From: Demequina sp.
GTDB taxonomy: Bacteria; Actinomycetota; Actinomycetes; Actinomycetales; Demequinaceae
Direction of reading: 5' to 3'
NCBI RefSeq assembly: GCF_049841215.1
Contig: NZ_JASGEO010000024.1
Location: 73,322-137,321, forward strand
DNA: 64,000 nucleotides
The notes under the pieces were generated by a model. The model made no database searches. It saw nothing but the letters and a program-made list of their open reading frames with translations, and had not been told where the DNA came from. Positions 21,423-38,664 of the stretch are shown in pieces; the first letter of the stretch is position 1; every line of letters starts with the position of its first letter. Made by a program: the position numbers and the translations under genes.

Positions 21423-21478
21423 CCCCTGAGTGCCTGAGTGCTGGATCTGGCGACAATCCGACACTCACGCACTCAGGG
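21423..21478. repeat. 56-nt inverted repeat whose arms are tandem 8-mers
   Basis: Left arm is CCCCTGAGTGCCTGAGTG and right arm is CACTCACGCACTCAGGG, with one mismatch in 17 bp and a 21-nt spacer that contains GGAT..ATCC. Confidence 0.7.
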
Positions 21479-21494
21479 AGCGAGCGGAGGCGCC

Positions 21495-21537
21495 CGGAAA
21501 CGCAACGAGGGCCCCCAGCCGAAGCTGGGAGCCCTCG
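21495..21537 (-). terminator. intrinsic terminator after tuf
   Basis: Minus-strand hairpin CGAGGGCTCCCAGC, a TTCG loop, then GCTGGGGGCCCTCG, followed by TTGCGTTTCC. Confidence 0.65.
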
Positions 21538-21556
21538 CGCGTCAGTAAGTAAGTAC

Positions 21557-22747
21557 TTACTTGAGGATCTTGGTCACCGTGCCGGAGCCGACGGTGCGGC
21601 CACCCTCACGGATCGCGAAGCCCTGGCCCTCTTCCAGCGCGATGGGCTGGATGAGCTCAACCGTCATGTCGGTGGTGTCACCAGGCATAACCATGTCGGT
21701 GCCCTCGGGCAGCGAGATGACGCCGGTCACGTCCGTGGTACGGATGTAGAACTGCGGGCGGTAGTTCGTGTAGAAGGGGTTGTGGCGACCACCCTCGGAC
21801 TTGTCGAGGATGTAGCAACGGCCCTCGAACGAGGTGTGGGGCGTGGTGGTGCCGGGCTGGACCACAACCTGGCCGCGCTCAACGTCCTCACGCTTGGTGC
21901 CACGAAGAAGCAGACCGCAGTTCTCGCCGGCCCAGGCCTCGTCCATGCTCTTGTGGAACATCTCGATACCGGTGACGGTGGTCTTCTGGGGCTCGCGGAT
22001 ACCGAGGATCTCGACCTCAGAGTTGATCTTGAGCTTGCCGCGCTCCACCTTGCCGGTGACGACGGTGCCACGACCGGTGATCGTGAAGACGTCCTCGATC
22101 GGCATGAGGAAGGGCTTGTCCATGTCACGCACGGGCTCGGGGACGTTCTCGTCCACCGCGTCCATGAGAGCCTGAACGGTGGCAACCCACTTCTCGTCGC
22201 CCTCGAGGGCCTTGAGAGCGGACACCTGCACGACGGGAGCGTTGTCACCGTCGAAGCCCTGCGAGGACAGAAGGTCACGGACCTCGACCTCGACGAGCTC
22301 GAGGATCTCCTCGTCGTCGACCATGTCGGACTTGTTGAGGGCCACGAGCAGGTAGGGCACACCCACCTGGCGGGCGAGCAGCACGTGCTCACGCGTCTGG
22401 GCCATGGGACCGTCGGTCGCGGCAACCACGAGGATTGCGCCGTCCATCTGGGCGGCACCGGTGATCATGTTCTTGATGTAGTCAGCGTGACCCGGAGCGT
22501 CGACGTGAGCGTAGTGACGCTTCTCGGTCTCGTACTCGATGTGCGCGATGTTGATGGTGATACCGCGCTCGCGCTCCTCAGGAGCCTTGTCGATGTCCTC
22601 GAAAGGCGTGAAGGGGTTGAGGTCCGGGTACTTGTCGTGAAGCACCTTGGAGATGGCGGCGGTCAGCGTCGTCTTACCGTGGTCGACGTGACCAATGGTG
22701 CCGATGTTCACGTGCGGCTTGGTCCGCTCGAACTTGGCCTTGCCCAT
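21557..22747 (-). CDS. tuf: elongation factor Tu
   Basis: 396 aa ORF beginning [27 protein letters not shown]. Confidence 0.98.
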   Translation of the reverse strand: MGKAKFERTKPHVNIGTIGHVDHGKTTLTAAISKVLHDKYPDLNPFTPFEDIDKAPEERERGITINIAHIEYETEKRHYAHVDAPGHADYIKNMITGAAQMDGAILVVAATDGPMAQTREHVLLARQVGVPYLLVALNKSDMVDDEEILELVEVEVRDLLSSQGFDGDNAPVVQVSALKALEGDEKWVATVQALMDAVDENVPEPVRDMDKPFLMPIEDVFTITGRGTVVTGKVERGKLKINSEVEILGIREPQKTTVTGIEMFHKSMDEAWAGENCGLLLRGTKREDVERGQVVVQPGTTTPHTSFEGRCYILDKSEGGRHNPFYTNYRPQFYIRTTDVTGVISLPEGTDMVMPGDTTDMTVELIQPIALEEGQGFAIREGGRTVGSGTVTKILK

Positions 22748-22857
22748 GATGGGTTCCTCCTGGAATTTCTCTGTTCTGAGACTCGGGTAGTGGATCGGTG
22801 CCTGGTGGGGCGCTATCCCTACTGGTCGTTATTCTTACTTATTTTCAACCGGTGGGA

Positions 22858-24972
22858 CTACTCGCCCCGGGTCTTTGCGATGATCTCCTCGGCAACGTTG
22901 CGAGGAACCTCGGCGTAGCTGTCGAACTGCATCGAGTACACCGCGCGGCCTTGCGTCTTGGAACGCAGGTCGCCGACGTAGCCGAACATCTCGGACAGCG
23001 GCACCAAAGAATCAATGACCTTCACGCCAGCGGCGTCCGTCATGGAACGGATCTGACCGCGACGCGAGTTGAGGTCGCCGATGACGTCGCCCATGTAGTC
23101 CTCAGGCGTACGGACCTCAACGGCCATAACGGGCTCGAGGAGCACGGGGTTCGCCTTGCGCGCGGCCTCCTTGAAGGCCATCGAGCCGGCAATCTTGAAC
23201 GCCATTTCGGACGAGTCAACCTCGTGGTACGCACCGTCGACGAGGGTGGCCTTGATGCCCACCATCGGGTAACCGGCGAGCACACCGAGCTGCATCGCGT
23301 CCTGCATACCGGCGTCGACCGACGGGATGTACTCGCGAGGCACGCGACCACCGGTGACGGCGTTCACAAACTCGTACTGCACCTCGGCGTCTGCCTCGAG
23401 CGGCTCGAGCCCGATCTGCACCTTGGCGAACTGACCAGAACCACCGGTCTGCTTCTTGTGGGTGTAGTCGTGCTTCTCAACCTTGGAACGAATGGTCTCG
23501 CGGTACGCAACCTGGGGCTTACCGACGTTGGCGTCCACCTTGAACTCGCGCTTCATGCGGTCAACGATGATGTCGAGGTGGAGCTCACCCATACCGGAGA
23601 TGACGGTCTGGCCGGACTCCTCGTCGAGGCGCACGCGGAACGTGGGGTCCTCTTCGGCGAGCTTCTGGATGGCCGTCGACATCTTCTCCTGGTCACCCTT
23701 GGTCTTGGGCTCCACGGCCACGTGAATCACGGGCTCGGGGAACGTCATCGACTCAAGCACAACCTGGTTGGCGGGGTCGGACAGGGTGTCGCCGGTGGTG
23801 GTGTCCTTAAGGCCGATGACCGCGTAAATGTGGCCAGCGGTCACGGACTCGACCGGGTTCTCCTTGTTGGCGTGCATCTGGAAGATCTTTCCGATGCGCT
23901 CCTTCTTGCCCTTAGTCGCGTTGACGACCTGGGCACCGGATTCCAGGTGACCGGAGTACACGCGGATGTACGTGAGGCGGCCGAAGAACGGGTGCGCAAC
24001 AACCTTGAACGCGAGCGCGGAGAACGGCTCAGCGGCGTCGGCGTGACGCTCGATGATCTTCTCTTCGTCGTTGGGGTCGTGCGCCTCGATGGCGGGCACG
24101 TCCAGCGGCGAGGGGAGGTAGTCAACGACGGCGTCGAGCATGGGCTGCACTCCGCGGTTCTTGAACGCGGAGCCACACAGCACGGGGTAGATCTCCGAGG
24201 CGATGACCATCTTGCGGATACCCGCCTTGATCTCTGCGGTCGTGAGCTCCTCGCCACCGAGGTACTTCTCGAGCAGCTCGTCGCTGGACTCAGCAACGGC
24301 CTCGAGCAGTTCGGCCCGGTACTCCTCTGCCTTCGCCTGCATGTCGGCAGGGATGGCCTCGATCTCGTACTTGGCACCCATGGTCACGTCGCCCTTGGCG
24401 TCGCCGGGCCACACGAGGGCACGCATCTCGACAAGGTCGATCACGCCGAGGAAGTCGTTCTCAGCGCCGATGGGGAGCTGGATGACGAGCGGGCGAGCGC
24501 CAAGGCGGGACTTGATGGTGTCCACGGTGAAGTAGAAGTCGGCGCCCAGCTTGTCCATCTTGTTGACGAAGCAAATGCGGGGAACGTCGTACTTGTCGGC
24601 CTGACGCCACACGGTCTCGGACTGGGGCTCAACGCCCTCCTTGCCGTCGAACACGGCAACAGCGCCGTCGAGCACGCGGAGCGAACGCTCCACCTCAACG
24701 GTGAAGTCGACGTGGCCGGGCGTGTCGATGATGTTGATCTGGTTATTGGCCCAGAAGCACGTCACAGCAGCGGACGTGATCGTGATGCCACGCTCCTGCT
24801 CCTGCTCCATCCAGTCCGTCGTCGACGCACCATCGTGCGTCTCACCGATCTTGTAGTTGACACCCGTGTAGAACAGGATGCGCTCGGTCGTGGTGGTCTT
24901 GCCGGCGTCGATGTGCGCCATGATGCCGATGTTGCGGACCTTCTTGAGGTCCGTCAGCACGTCCTGTGCCAC
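22858..24972 (-). CDS. fusA: elongation factor G
   Basis: 704 aa ORF containing [24 protein letters not shown]. Confidence 0.98.
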   Translation of the reverse strand: MAQDVLTDLKKVRNIGIMAHIDAGKTTTTERILFYTGVNYKIGETHDGASTTDWMEQEQERGITITSAAVTCFWANNQINIIDTPGHVDFTVEVERSLRVLDGAVAVFDGKEGVEPQSETVWRQADKYDVPRICFVNKMDKLGADFYFTVDTIKSRLGARPLVIQLPIGAENDFLGVIDLVEMRALVWPGDAKGDVTMGAKYEIEAIPADMQAKAEEYRAELLEAVAESSDELLEKYLGGEELTTAEIKAGIRKMVIASEIYPVLCGSAFKNRGVQPMLDAVVDYLPSPLDVPAIEAHDPNDEEKIIERHADAAEPFSALAFKVVAHPFFGRLTYIRVYSGHLESGAQVVNATKGKKERIGKIFQMHANKENPVESVTAGHIYAVIGLKDTTTGDTLSDPANQVVLESMTFPEPVIHVAVEPKTKGDQEKMSTAIQKLAEEDPTFRVRLDEESGQTVISGMGELHLDIIVDRMKREFKVDANVGKPQVAYRETIRSKVEKHDYTHKKQTGGSGQFAKVQIGLEPLEADAEVQYEFVNAVTGGRVPREYIPSVDAGMQDAMQLGVLAGYPMVGIKATLVDGAYHEVDSSEMAFKIAGSMAFKEAARKANPVLLEPVMAVEVRTPEDYMGDVIGDLNSRRGQIRSMTDAAGVKVIDSLVPLSEMFGYVGDLRSKTQGRAVYSMQFDSYAEVPRNVAEEIIAKTRGE

Positions 24973-25019
24973 TGGGGGTTCTCCTAAAGTTGTTCGGATC
25001 CGTCGAACGAGGCTTGCGA

Positions 25020-25490
25020 CTACCAGCGGTAGTGCGCGAACGCCTTGTTCGACTCGGCCATCTTGTGCATGTCCTCACGGCGCTTCACAGCGGCGCCAAG
25101 GCCGTTGGACGCGTCGAGGATCTCGTTCATGAGGCGCTCGGTCATCGTCTTCTCGCGACGCTTGCGCGAGAAGTCAACGAGCCAGCGAAGTGCGAGCGTG
25201 GTGGCGCGGATGGGGCGCACGTCAACCGGCACCTGGTAGGTGGCGCCACCAACACGGCGGCTCTTCACCTCAAGGGCGGGACGGATGTTGTCGAGCGCGC
25301 GCTTGAGCACGACGACGGGGTCCTGGCCGGACTTCTCGCGAACACCTTCAAGTGCGCCGTACACGATGGCCTCAGCCACGGAACGCTTGCCATCGAGCAG
25401 CACCTTGTTGATGAGCTGGGTCACGACGGGGGCGCCGTAAACCGGGTCGTTGATGATCGGACGCTTGGGCGCCGGTCCCTTGCGAGGCAT
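25020..25490 (-). CDS. rpsG: 30S ribosomal protein S7 (uS7)
   Basis: 156 aa ORF beginning [19 protein letters not shown]. Confidence 0.95.
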   Translation of the reverse strand: MPRKGPAPKRPIINDPVYGAPVVTQLINKVLLDGKRSVAEAIVYGALEGVREKSGQDPVVVLKRALDNIRPALEVKSRRVGGATYQVPVDVRPIRATTLALRWLVDFSRKRREKTMTERLMNEILDASNGLGAAVKRREDMHKMAESNKAFAHYRW

Positions 25491-25864
25491 TACTTCTTCT
25501 CCCTCTTCGCGCCGTAGCGGCTACGAGCCTGCTTGCGGTTCTTGACACCCTGGGTGTCGAGCGAGCCACGGACGATCTTGTAGCGCACACCGGGGAGGTC
25601 CTTCACACGACCGCCGCGGACGAGCACGATCGAGTGCTCCTGCAGGTTGTGACCCTCACCGGGGATGTAGGCCGTGACCTCAACACCGTGGGAAAGGCGC
25701 ACACGCGCGACCTTGCGAAGCGCCGAGTTGGGCTTCTTAGGCGTGGTCGTGTACACACGCGTGCACACGCCACGACGCTGCGGGCTGCCCTGAAGGGCCG
25801 GGGTCTTGGTCTTGGACGCCTTGGGGTGGCGACCCTTCCTGACCAGCTGCTGAATCGTAGGCAC
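25490..25864 (-). CDS. rpsL: 30S ribosomal protein S12 (uS12)
   Basis: The ORF-track frame extends to 26026. The GTG at 25864 gives the canonical (M)[11 protein letters not shown], 124 aa in total, and is preceded by GGAGAAG. Confidence 0.95.
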   Translation of the reverse strand: MPTIQQLVRKGRHPKASKTKTPALQGSPQRRGVCTRVYTTTPKKPNSALRKVARVRLSHGVEVTAYIPGEGHNLQEHSIVLVRGGRVKDLPGVRYKIVRGSLDTQGVKNRKQARSRYGAKREKK

Positions 25865-25997
25865 TACTTCTCCGTGTTCGTATTTGTTGCAAAAACTTTG
25901 GTGGGGCACGACCCCCGCGCCCGGGCGTGTCGTACCTTGGTTGTGGCGCACCGGCGAGGGCGCGCGCAAGAGCCCGACGGCGCGGGCACGAGTATCT

Positions 25998-26026
25998 ACG
26001 ATACCCGCGACGCGCCTGAACGTCAA
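25998..26026 (-). promoter_or_regulatory. putative sigma-70-type promoter of the str operon (rpsL-rpsG-fusA-tuf)
   Basis: Minus-strand reading is TTGACG, a 17-nt spacer, then TATCGT, about 130 nt upstream of the rpsL GTG. Confidence 0.45.
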
Positions 26027-26089
26027 AGCAGAGTTTGCGTGCTAGCACGCCCGACGCTTGGCTCACCGGAGTTTTCCGGCCCACCCATT

Positions 26090-26512
26090 CTACGGCATCG
26101 GTGAGGGAGCAAGGGCGGTGAGCCGCTCCCTTTGGTCTTCATCAAGGCGGATGGGCCGCCACGTGGCGACATCGACGAGGACAAGAGTGGTGGTCGCCTT
26201 CACGGCGACGTCGCCTTCAAGGAGGATCTCGTAGCCGATCACGAAGCTCGCTCCCCCGATGCGTTCCACCGTGACAGCGATGTCAACGGCCTGCACATAC
26301 GGGATGGCCTTGCGATAGGTGACATGAGCATCGGCCACCACCACCTGGACGGGCGTTCCCGCCGCGAGCGTGGGCAACACCGGAGCGCCTGGGTCCCAAA
26401 ACGCCTGAACTCGCGCTTGCTCAAGCAACCCGAGCACCGCAACGTTGTTGACGTGTCCGTAGGCATCAAGGTCGCCCCACCGCACCGGAACCGAGACTGT
26501 ACGTGCGGGCAT
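26090..26512 (-). CDS. acyl-CoA thioesterase, 4HBT/YbgC-like hotdog fold
   Basis: 140 aa ORF containing VRWGDLDAYGHVNNVAVLGLLEQAR, which is typical of this family. Confidence 0.75.
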   Translation of the reverse strand: MPARTVSVPVRWGDLDAYGHVNNVAVLGLLEQARVQAFWDPGAPVLPTLAAGTPVQVVVADAHVTYRKAIPYVQAVDIAVTVERIGGASFVIGYEILLEGDVAVKATTTLVLVDVATWRPIRLDEDQRERLTALAPSPMP

Positions 26513-26533
26513 AACCCAACCCTAGCGTCGGGC

Positions 26534-27106
26534 ATGCGCTTAACTATGGGCATGACAACTCAGGGGGGACCCAATCCGAGTCCATCGTCGCGCCGCACCA
26601 AGCCATGGGTCGAGTGGCTCGTCGTCGCCGTGCTGATCCTTGCCGTTGGCGGCATCGCCTATTGGTATGCCATGGGGCGTGAGGCGCCGGAGCCGATCGT
26701 GACGCCGTCCCCAACACCAACCATCAGCGAAGAACCGGCAGCGTTCGCGGACGTAAATGGCCGCTGGTGTGACCCGGTTGAAGGCGAGAGCTCGATGGGG
26801 TGCGTCACTGTGGAGCTACCGGCGGCGACGTGGGACAACTTCCCCGACGAGCCCGACTACGTGTTCACGGATGACCTCGACTCCAGTGCGGACCCCGCCA
26901 CCATCGACTACGACTTCGCCCCCAACTACGCAGAATGCTGGAGCGGAGTCGTGATGCCGGCGGGTGGTGACAGCGGCGCCGCGTTCGTCTACTGCCCAGT
27001 GGGGGCTCTGCCCGACGACGAGGATCTCGCAGTTGCCGACGCGAGCGTCGAGCGGCTGTGGGTCACCCAGGACACCACGGCTCTCCCGTTTGTGCGCGAG
27101 GAGTGA
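26534..27106 (+). CDS. hypothetical single-pass membrane-anchored protein with a four-cysteine extracytoplasmic domain (paralogue 1)
   Basis: The ORF-track frame 26132..27106 is trimmed to the ATG at 26534 (alternatives at 26546 and 26552). Layout is a TM helix WLVVAVLILAVGGIAYWY, a Pro/Thr/Ser linker, then NGRWC..C..CW..CP.G..RLW. Confidence 0.6.
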   Translation: MRLTMGMTTQGGPNPSPSSRRTKPWVEWLVVAVLILAVGGIAYWYAMGREAPEPIVTPSPTPTISEEPAAFADVNGRWCDPVEGESSMGCVTVELPAATWDNFPDEPDYVFTDDLDSSADPATIDYDFAPNYAECWSGVVMPAGGDSGAAFVYCPVGALPDDEDLAVADASVERLWVTQDTTALPFVREE

Positions 27107-27128
27107 GTGCCGTGCAGCGTGGGAGTGA

Positions 27129-27737
27129 GTGGATAGCGCCATGACCGAGCCGCACGCACAGAACAACTCGCGATCGTGGATCGCGTGGCTGGTCATCATC
27201 GTTGTTGCGGTGGTCGCCGGACTGGGCGTGTGGTGGTGGACGGGCCGCGACGACGCCGCGCCAGCTGTGTCGCCAGCGCCCAGCGTCACTCCTTCTCCGT
27301 CGGCGACGCCTAGCGCCACGCCCTCACCATCGGTGACGCCGAGCGCGACTCCCACCGCGACCGTGGCGGCCCCCTCGATGAGCGACATCAATGGTCGCTG
27401 GTGCGCCTCGTCCGAACCAGACCAGTGCCTCACATTCGAACTCCCCTATGTCTCCGACGACGACGGTGCGGACCCACCCCGGGTCGTCTACCCGTGGGAC
27501 GCAGATGTGTCGCAAGACCCTTCAACCTATGACTACGACGTGCCGCCGACTACCGGCGGATGCTGGCAGGCGACGATCGACTATTGGCCCGGCGAAAGTG
27601 GCGCACCGCTGATCTTCTGCCCGGCGGGCACCGATGGCGCGGGCGAGTTTGCAGACATGCCAGGGCCCACAGACGCAGACCGGCTGTGGATCTGGTTCGA
27701 GCGACCCGACGACCCGCCGTACCTGCGCGCGGACTGA
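27129..27737 (+). CDS. hypothetical single-pass membrane-anchored protein with a four-cysteine extracytoplasmic domain (paralogue 2)
   Basis: 202 aa ORF. Layout is a TM helix WIAWLVIIVVAVVAGLGVWWW, a long (S/T)P(S/A) linker, then the same NGRWC..C..CW..CPAG..RLW pattern. Confidence 0.65.
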   Translation: MDSAMTEPHAQNNSRSWIAWLVIIVVAVVAGLGVWWWTGRDDAAPAVSPAPSVTPSPSATPSATPSPSVTPSATPTATVAAPSMSDINGRWCASSEPDQCLTFELPYVSDDDGADPPRVVYPWDADVSQDPSTYDYDVPPTTGGCWQATIDYWPGESGAPLIFCPAGTDGAGEFADMPGPTDADRLWIWFERPDDPPYLRAD

Positions 27738-27776
27738 ACCACGCCGTCGGGCAGTGTGCCCGCCCGGGGCAAGCGA

Positions 27777-27810
27777 AAGGCCCGGTCCCCTGAAACCGGG
27801 GCCGGGCCTT
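27777..27810. terminator. bidirectional hairpin terminator between the 27129 gene and rpoC
   Basis: AAGGCCCGGTCCCC, a loop, then GGGGCCGGGCCTT. It is flanked by T-rich runs on both strands. Confidence 0.6.
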
Positions 27811-27825
27811 TGCGCTGTTGCGAGA

Positions 27826-31692
<3,867 letters not shown>

Positions 31693-31721
31693 TCTTAGGA
31701 ATTCCTCTTCTTACGTTTCGT

Positions 31722-35195
<3,474 letters not shown>

Positions 35196-35430
35196 GGGGG
35201 GGTCCTTCCCTTTTGTTCGTGCAAGACACGAGTCGAATCCACGGCTCCACCGGATCCCGGGGCGTTACTGCCAGATAGCAGGCGCACGCAAGGTAGGCAT
35301 ATGAGGGCAGGGCATTAGACAGCGCAAATCGCTAGCCTACCCGAAGCGCGCGCCATTGTCCACCCCGGAACCCCATTGTCCAGTCGGCACACCGAGCGGC
35401 TCTCGCCTAGCGCTCAAGAATACTCCTCCT

Positions 35431-35478
35431 GCCCGACGCTGCGGCGAGGTTTGTGCATAACTGGCCCCAGCGTCGGGC
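35431..35478. repeat. inverted pair of the 14-nt repeat family in the rplL-rpoB spacer
   Basis: GCCCGACGCTGCGG, a 20-nt spacer, then CCCCAGCGTCGGGC (13 of 14 complementary). Confidence 0.75.
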
Positions 35479-35555
35479 CGGCTTTGGCAACCCGGGCGAG
35501 CCCTGCCCGCGCGGAAGCTGACGGACCAAACCGCCGCGCGCCCGTCGGAACCCCG

Positions 35556-35599
35556 CCAAACACAAAGGCCGGGCCGCCCCATTCGGAGCGACCCGGCCT
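35556..35599 (-). terminator. terminator/attenuator hairpin after rplL
   Basis: Minus-strand stem AGGCCGGGTCGC..GCGGCCCGGCCT, followed by TTGTGTTTGG. Partial termination between rplL and rpoB is well known in other bacteria. Confidence 0.55.
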
Positions 35600-35617
35600 C
35601 GTGAGACAGAGCTGAAG

Positions 35618-36010
35618 TTACTTGAGCTCGACCGTGGCGCCGGCGGCCTCGAGGACCTCCTTGGCCTTCTCGGCGTCTTCCTTCTTGGCACCCTCGAGGA
35701 CCGTCTTGGGGGCCTCGTCGACGAGCGCCTTGGCCTCGCCAAGACCGAGGTTCGTGAGGGCACGGACCTCCTTGATGACCTGGATCTTCTTGTCGCCAAC
35801 GGCGGTCAGGACCACGTCGAACGCGTCCTTCTCCTCGGCGGCGCCAGCGTCGTCGCCACCGCCAGCGGCGGGGGCGGCAACGGCAACGGCGGCCGGGGCG
35901 GCAGCGGTGACCTCGAAGGTCTCCTCGAAGGCCTTCACGAAGTCGGAGAGCTCGATGAGCGAGAGCTCCTTGAACTGGTCAATGAGCTCAGCAGTGGAGA
36001 GCTTAGCCAT
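35618..36010 (-). CDS. rplL: 50S ribosomal protein L7/L12 (bL12)
   Basis: 130 aa ORF beginning [30 protein letters not shown]. Confidence 0.95.
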   Translation of the reverse strand: MAKLSTAELIDQFKELSLIELSDFVKAFEETFEVTAAAPAAVAVAAPAAGGGDDAGAAEEKDAFDVVLTAVGDKKIQVIKEVRALTNLGLGEAKALVDEAPKTVLEGAKKEDAEKAKEVLEAAGATVELK

Positions 36011-36070
36011 GATGCTTGTTTCCTTTTCTTTTGCCTGCGTTAACAGCAGATCGCTTGTGGGGATCGGCCG

Positions 36071-36592
36071 TTAGGCCGCGGTCTCCTGCTTTTCGCGCAG
36101 GGCGTCGACCGTGCGCACCGCCTTGGAGAGCGGTGCCTGGAACAGGTATGCAGCACCAAAGAGCGACGCCTTCATGGCGCCTGCAGCCTTGGCGAGCAGA
36201 ACCTCGCGGGACTCGAGGTCGGCCAGCTTCTGGACCTCTTCGGGAGAGATCACCTTTCCTTCGAGAACGCCGCCCTTAATGACGAGCTTGTCGTTCCCCT
36301 TGGAGAAAGCCTTAAGACCCTTTGCAGCCTCCACCGGGTCACCGGTGATGAATGCAATGGCCGTGGGGCCGACGAGAAGGTCGTCAAGACCCTCAACACC
36401 GGCATCCTTGGCCGCGAGCGCCGTCAGAGTGTTCTTCGCAACCGAGTAGGTTGCGGCGCCGCGGAGGTCGCTACGCAGCTTTGCAAGCTGCGGAACCGAC
36501 AGGCCGCGGTACTCGGTGATCACGACAGCGTTGGAGTTACGGAAGTTGTCCGCGAGCTCCTTGACTGCCGCCACCTTGTCTGGCGTCGCCAT
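36071..36592 (-). CDS. rplJ: 50S ribosomal protein L10 (uL10)
   Basis: The ORF-track frame extends to 36679. The ATG at 36592 gives [17 protein letters not shown] and follows an AGGAAGGA Shine-Dalgarno sequence. Confidence 0.95.
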   Translation of the reverse strand: MATPDKVAAVKELADNFRNSNAVVITEYRGLSVPQLAKLRSDLRGAATYSVAKNTLTALAAKDAGVEGLDDLLVGPTAIAFITGDPVEAAKGLKAFSKGNDKLVIKGGVLEGKVISPEEVQKLADLESREVLLAKAAGAMKASLFGAAYLFQAPLSKAVRTVDALREKQETAA

Positions 36593-36786
36593 AGTTATCC
36601 TTCCTGGACGTTGACCACCGTTGGCTCCAGGAAAAACAAAAGGCCTCGCGCAGGCGAGGCCGTATCTGCCCGACGCCATGGCTGGGTCGAGCGTTTCGGT
36701 TCACCTACGCAGGACTTCCGTTTTCCACGGAACTTCGGCCATGCTGAGCGAACTCGGCAAGACGACCGGCGGTCTTGGGCGCATCT
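36593..36786 (-). promoter_or_regulatory. rplJ (L10) leader with an intrinsic-terminator-type attenuator
   Basis: Minus-strand GGCCTCGC, a CTGC loop, then GCGAGGCC, followed by TTTTGTTTTT (36632..36661), about 40 nt upstream of the rplJ ATG. L10-leader attenuation is known in Gram-positive bacteria. Confidence 0.6.
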
Positions 36787-38664
36787 ACTTTACCCGAGCG
36801 CGGGGCCGGGAGGCAAACCGCCTCAGTGTTCGCTTGCCGTTCACCGCGTCGCAAGGTCTTGGCAACCTCGCGTTCGTACCGTGTGCGAGTGACAGAGCCC
36901 TCGATTGTTGTGTGCTCGTTCTACACGGACGACGACTACTACCGCGCTGCCGCGCAGCGCCTCGCTACGGATCTGGACGCGCTGGGCGTGCACCACGTGA
37001 TCGAGTTGCTTGAGCGCGCGCCCGGCGAGCAGTGGCCAGACATCTGCCGCAAGAAGATCCCCTTCGTCGAGCGCGTGTGCGCCCAGTTCCCGAACGCCCG
37101 GGTGTTCTGGATGGACGTGGACTGCACGTTGCAAGGCATGCCTGACTTTGTGCGGGACTTCACTGCCGACTTCATCGGCTTCCAGCGCGGCTTCGACACT
37201 CCCCTGTCCATCGGTTACCAGAAGCGCGCGCGGTTCTGGGAGCCGAGTTTCTTCGGCATCAACGCCACGGTGGCTGGGCGCGGGCTCATCGCCGAGGCCG
37301 CGCGCCTCGAGCGCACCCTCTCCGTACGCGCAACCGACGACTACTTTCTTGAGGAGGCGTGGCGCGGGGCGGCCGCAGGGTTGTCGTTCCAAGTGATCCC
37401 TTCGGTGCTTTCCTCACGCAGCGGCGCAGGCTACCCCGACGAGTTCTTCACCTTTGGTGCCAGCGGCAATGTGGCTCAATTCAAGGGCAGCGTGGTGCAG
37501 CACACCCCCGTCAAGCGTCCTCGTCGGAGCGTTCGCCGCGCCCTCAAGCACCGCACCGTACGGTTCGCCAAGGCCACGGAGGCGCGGTTGCCCGAGGCCA
37601 TGAGCCGTCGGTTGCGTACCGCCGCGGACCGCGCTGGCGTCACGGATCGGCTCGTCACGAAGGCCGTGGCCGCGACACCCAAGCGGGAATCGCTGATCAA
37701 TGCCGCGATGCGCGCGGCGCAGGCCGGCGACGCCGACGGGCTCGCCCGCTCGGAACTCGCTCTCAACTCCACGGCGCGCGCGACGCCAAGCGAAGAGGCG
37801 GCGCTCGCGGCTGCTGGCTCGTTCCTGGCCTACGCGACGGGCTCGTCTGACGCGGCTCCGCTCCCCCTGTCGTGGTGGGCGCGCCCGTACCCGGGCAACT
37901 TCGGTGACTGGCTCAGCCCGCTCGTGGTCCGCGCCCACACGGACCGGCCCCTTCGCTTTCAGCAGCCGTCCGGGTTCGCTCCCGACCGTCACCTCGTGGC
38001 CATTGGGTCGATCGGGCGCTTCATCAAGCCCAACTCTGTGGTGGTGGGCACCGGCATCGCGCAACCAGACACCGAGCTTGCCACCAACGCGCGCTACCTG
38101 TCCGTGCGCGGCCCGCTCACGGCCGCGGCCCTCACCTCCCAAGGGGGACCGCAGGTGGAGTCCTTCGGCGATCCCGGGCTGCTGCTGTCCCGGGTGATCC
38201 CCGTGGACATCGGTGCCACCAACGGACGCGTTGCGGTGGTACGCCACACGAACCACCGTGGCGCTCCCTTGCGCCTGCCCGCCGACGCGGACGAGGTCAG
38301 CGTGCTGATGTCCAGTCCCGATCACATCCGCGAGTTCGTGACTACGCTCGCCCAGTACGACGCCGTGGTCACGTCCGCGATGCACGTCATGATCGCGTGC
38401 CACAGCTACGGCATCCCGTGTGCGCTCGTCACCTTCGAGGGACTTGAAGACGCGGTGCCCGGATCCGGCATGAAGTACGCGGACTACGGCCTGGGGGCCG
38501 GGTTCGACACCGAGTATCAGCCGCTTCCCGTGCCCGCCGACCTCACCTCGCTGACCCTGCGGGATCTTGTGACGCGGGAGCACGTCTCTCCCGCCAAGCT
38601 CGATGAAATCGAGGACGCGCTCCGGGTTGGGCTTGATCTCCTCGCCCCGGCGGCCGCGCGATGA
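36775..38664 (+). CDS. two-domain protein: an N-terminal GT-A-like nucleotide-sugar transferase-like region fused to a C-terminal polysaccharide pyruvyl transferase domain
   Basis: 629 aa ORF from a TTG start. The true start is probably internal (GTG at 36826 or 36889), because the 5' end overlaps the rplJ promoter and leader. The N-terminal part carries FYTDDDYY and a MDVD (DxD-like) motif. The C-terminal part carries WWARPYPGNFGDWLSP and SAMHVMIACHSYGIPC, as recalled for the PS_pyruv_trans family. Confidence 0.6.
   Translation: MGASTLPERGAGRQTASVFACRSPRRKVLATSRSYRVRVTEPSIVVCSFYTDDDYYRAAAQRLATDLDALGVHHVIELLERAPGEQWPDICRKKIPFVERVCAQFPNARVFWMDVDCTLQGMPDFVRDFTADFIGFQRGFDTPLSIGYQKRARFWEPSFFGINATVAGRGLIAEAARLERTLSVRATDDYFLEEAWRGAAAGLSFQVIPSVLSSRSGAGYPDEFFTFGASGNVAQFKGSVVQHTPVKRPRRSVRRALKHRTVRFAKATEARLPEAMSRRLRTAADRAGVTDRLVTKAVAATPKRESLINAAMRAAQAGDADGLARSELALNSTARATPSEEAALAAAGSFLAYATGSSDAAPLPLSWWARPYPGNFGDWLSPLVVRAHTDRPLRFQQPSGFAPDRHLVAIGSIGRFIKPNSVVVGTGIAQPDTELATNARYLSVRGPLTAAALTSQGGPQVESFGDPGLLLSRVIPVDIGATNGRVAVVRHTNHRGAPLRLPADADEVSVLMSSPDHIREFVTTLAQYDAVVTSAMHVMIACHSYGIPCALVTFEGLEDAVPGSGMKYADYGLGAGFDTEYQPLPVPADLTSLTLRDLVTREHVSPAKLDEIEDALRVGLDLLAPAAAR
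36787..36816 (-). promoter_or_regulatory. putative promoter of rplJ-rplL
   Basis: Minus-strand reading is TTGCCT, an 18-nt spacer, then TAAAGT. Confidence 0.4.

Noticed and set aside
25865-26026. N-terminal extension of the rpsL ORF (178 aa in the track). Similar extended starts are shown for secE (to 42214), rpmG (to 59418), rplJ (to 36679) and truA (to 3648).
   Set aside because: The canonical N-termini begin at internal ATG or GTG codons with Shine-Dalgarno sequences. The extensions would overlap tRNA genes, leaders or neighbouring genes.
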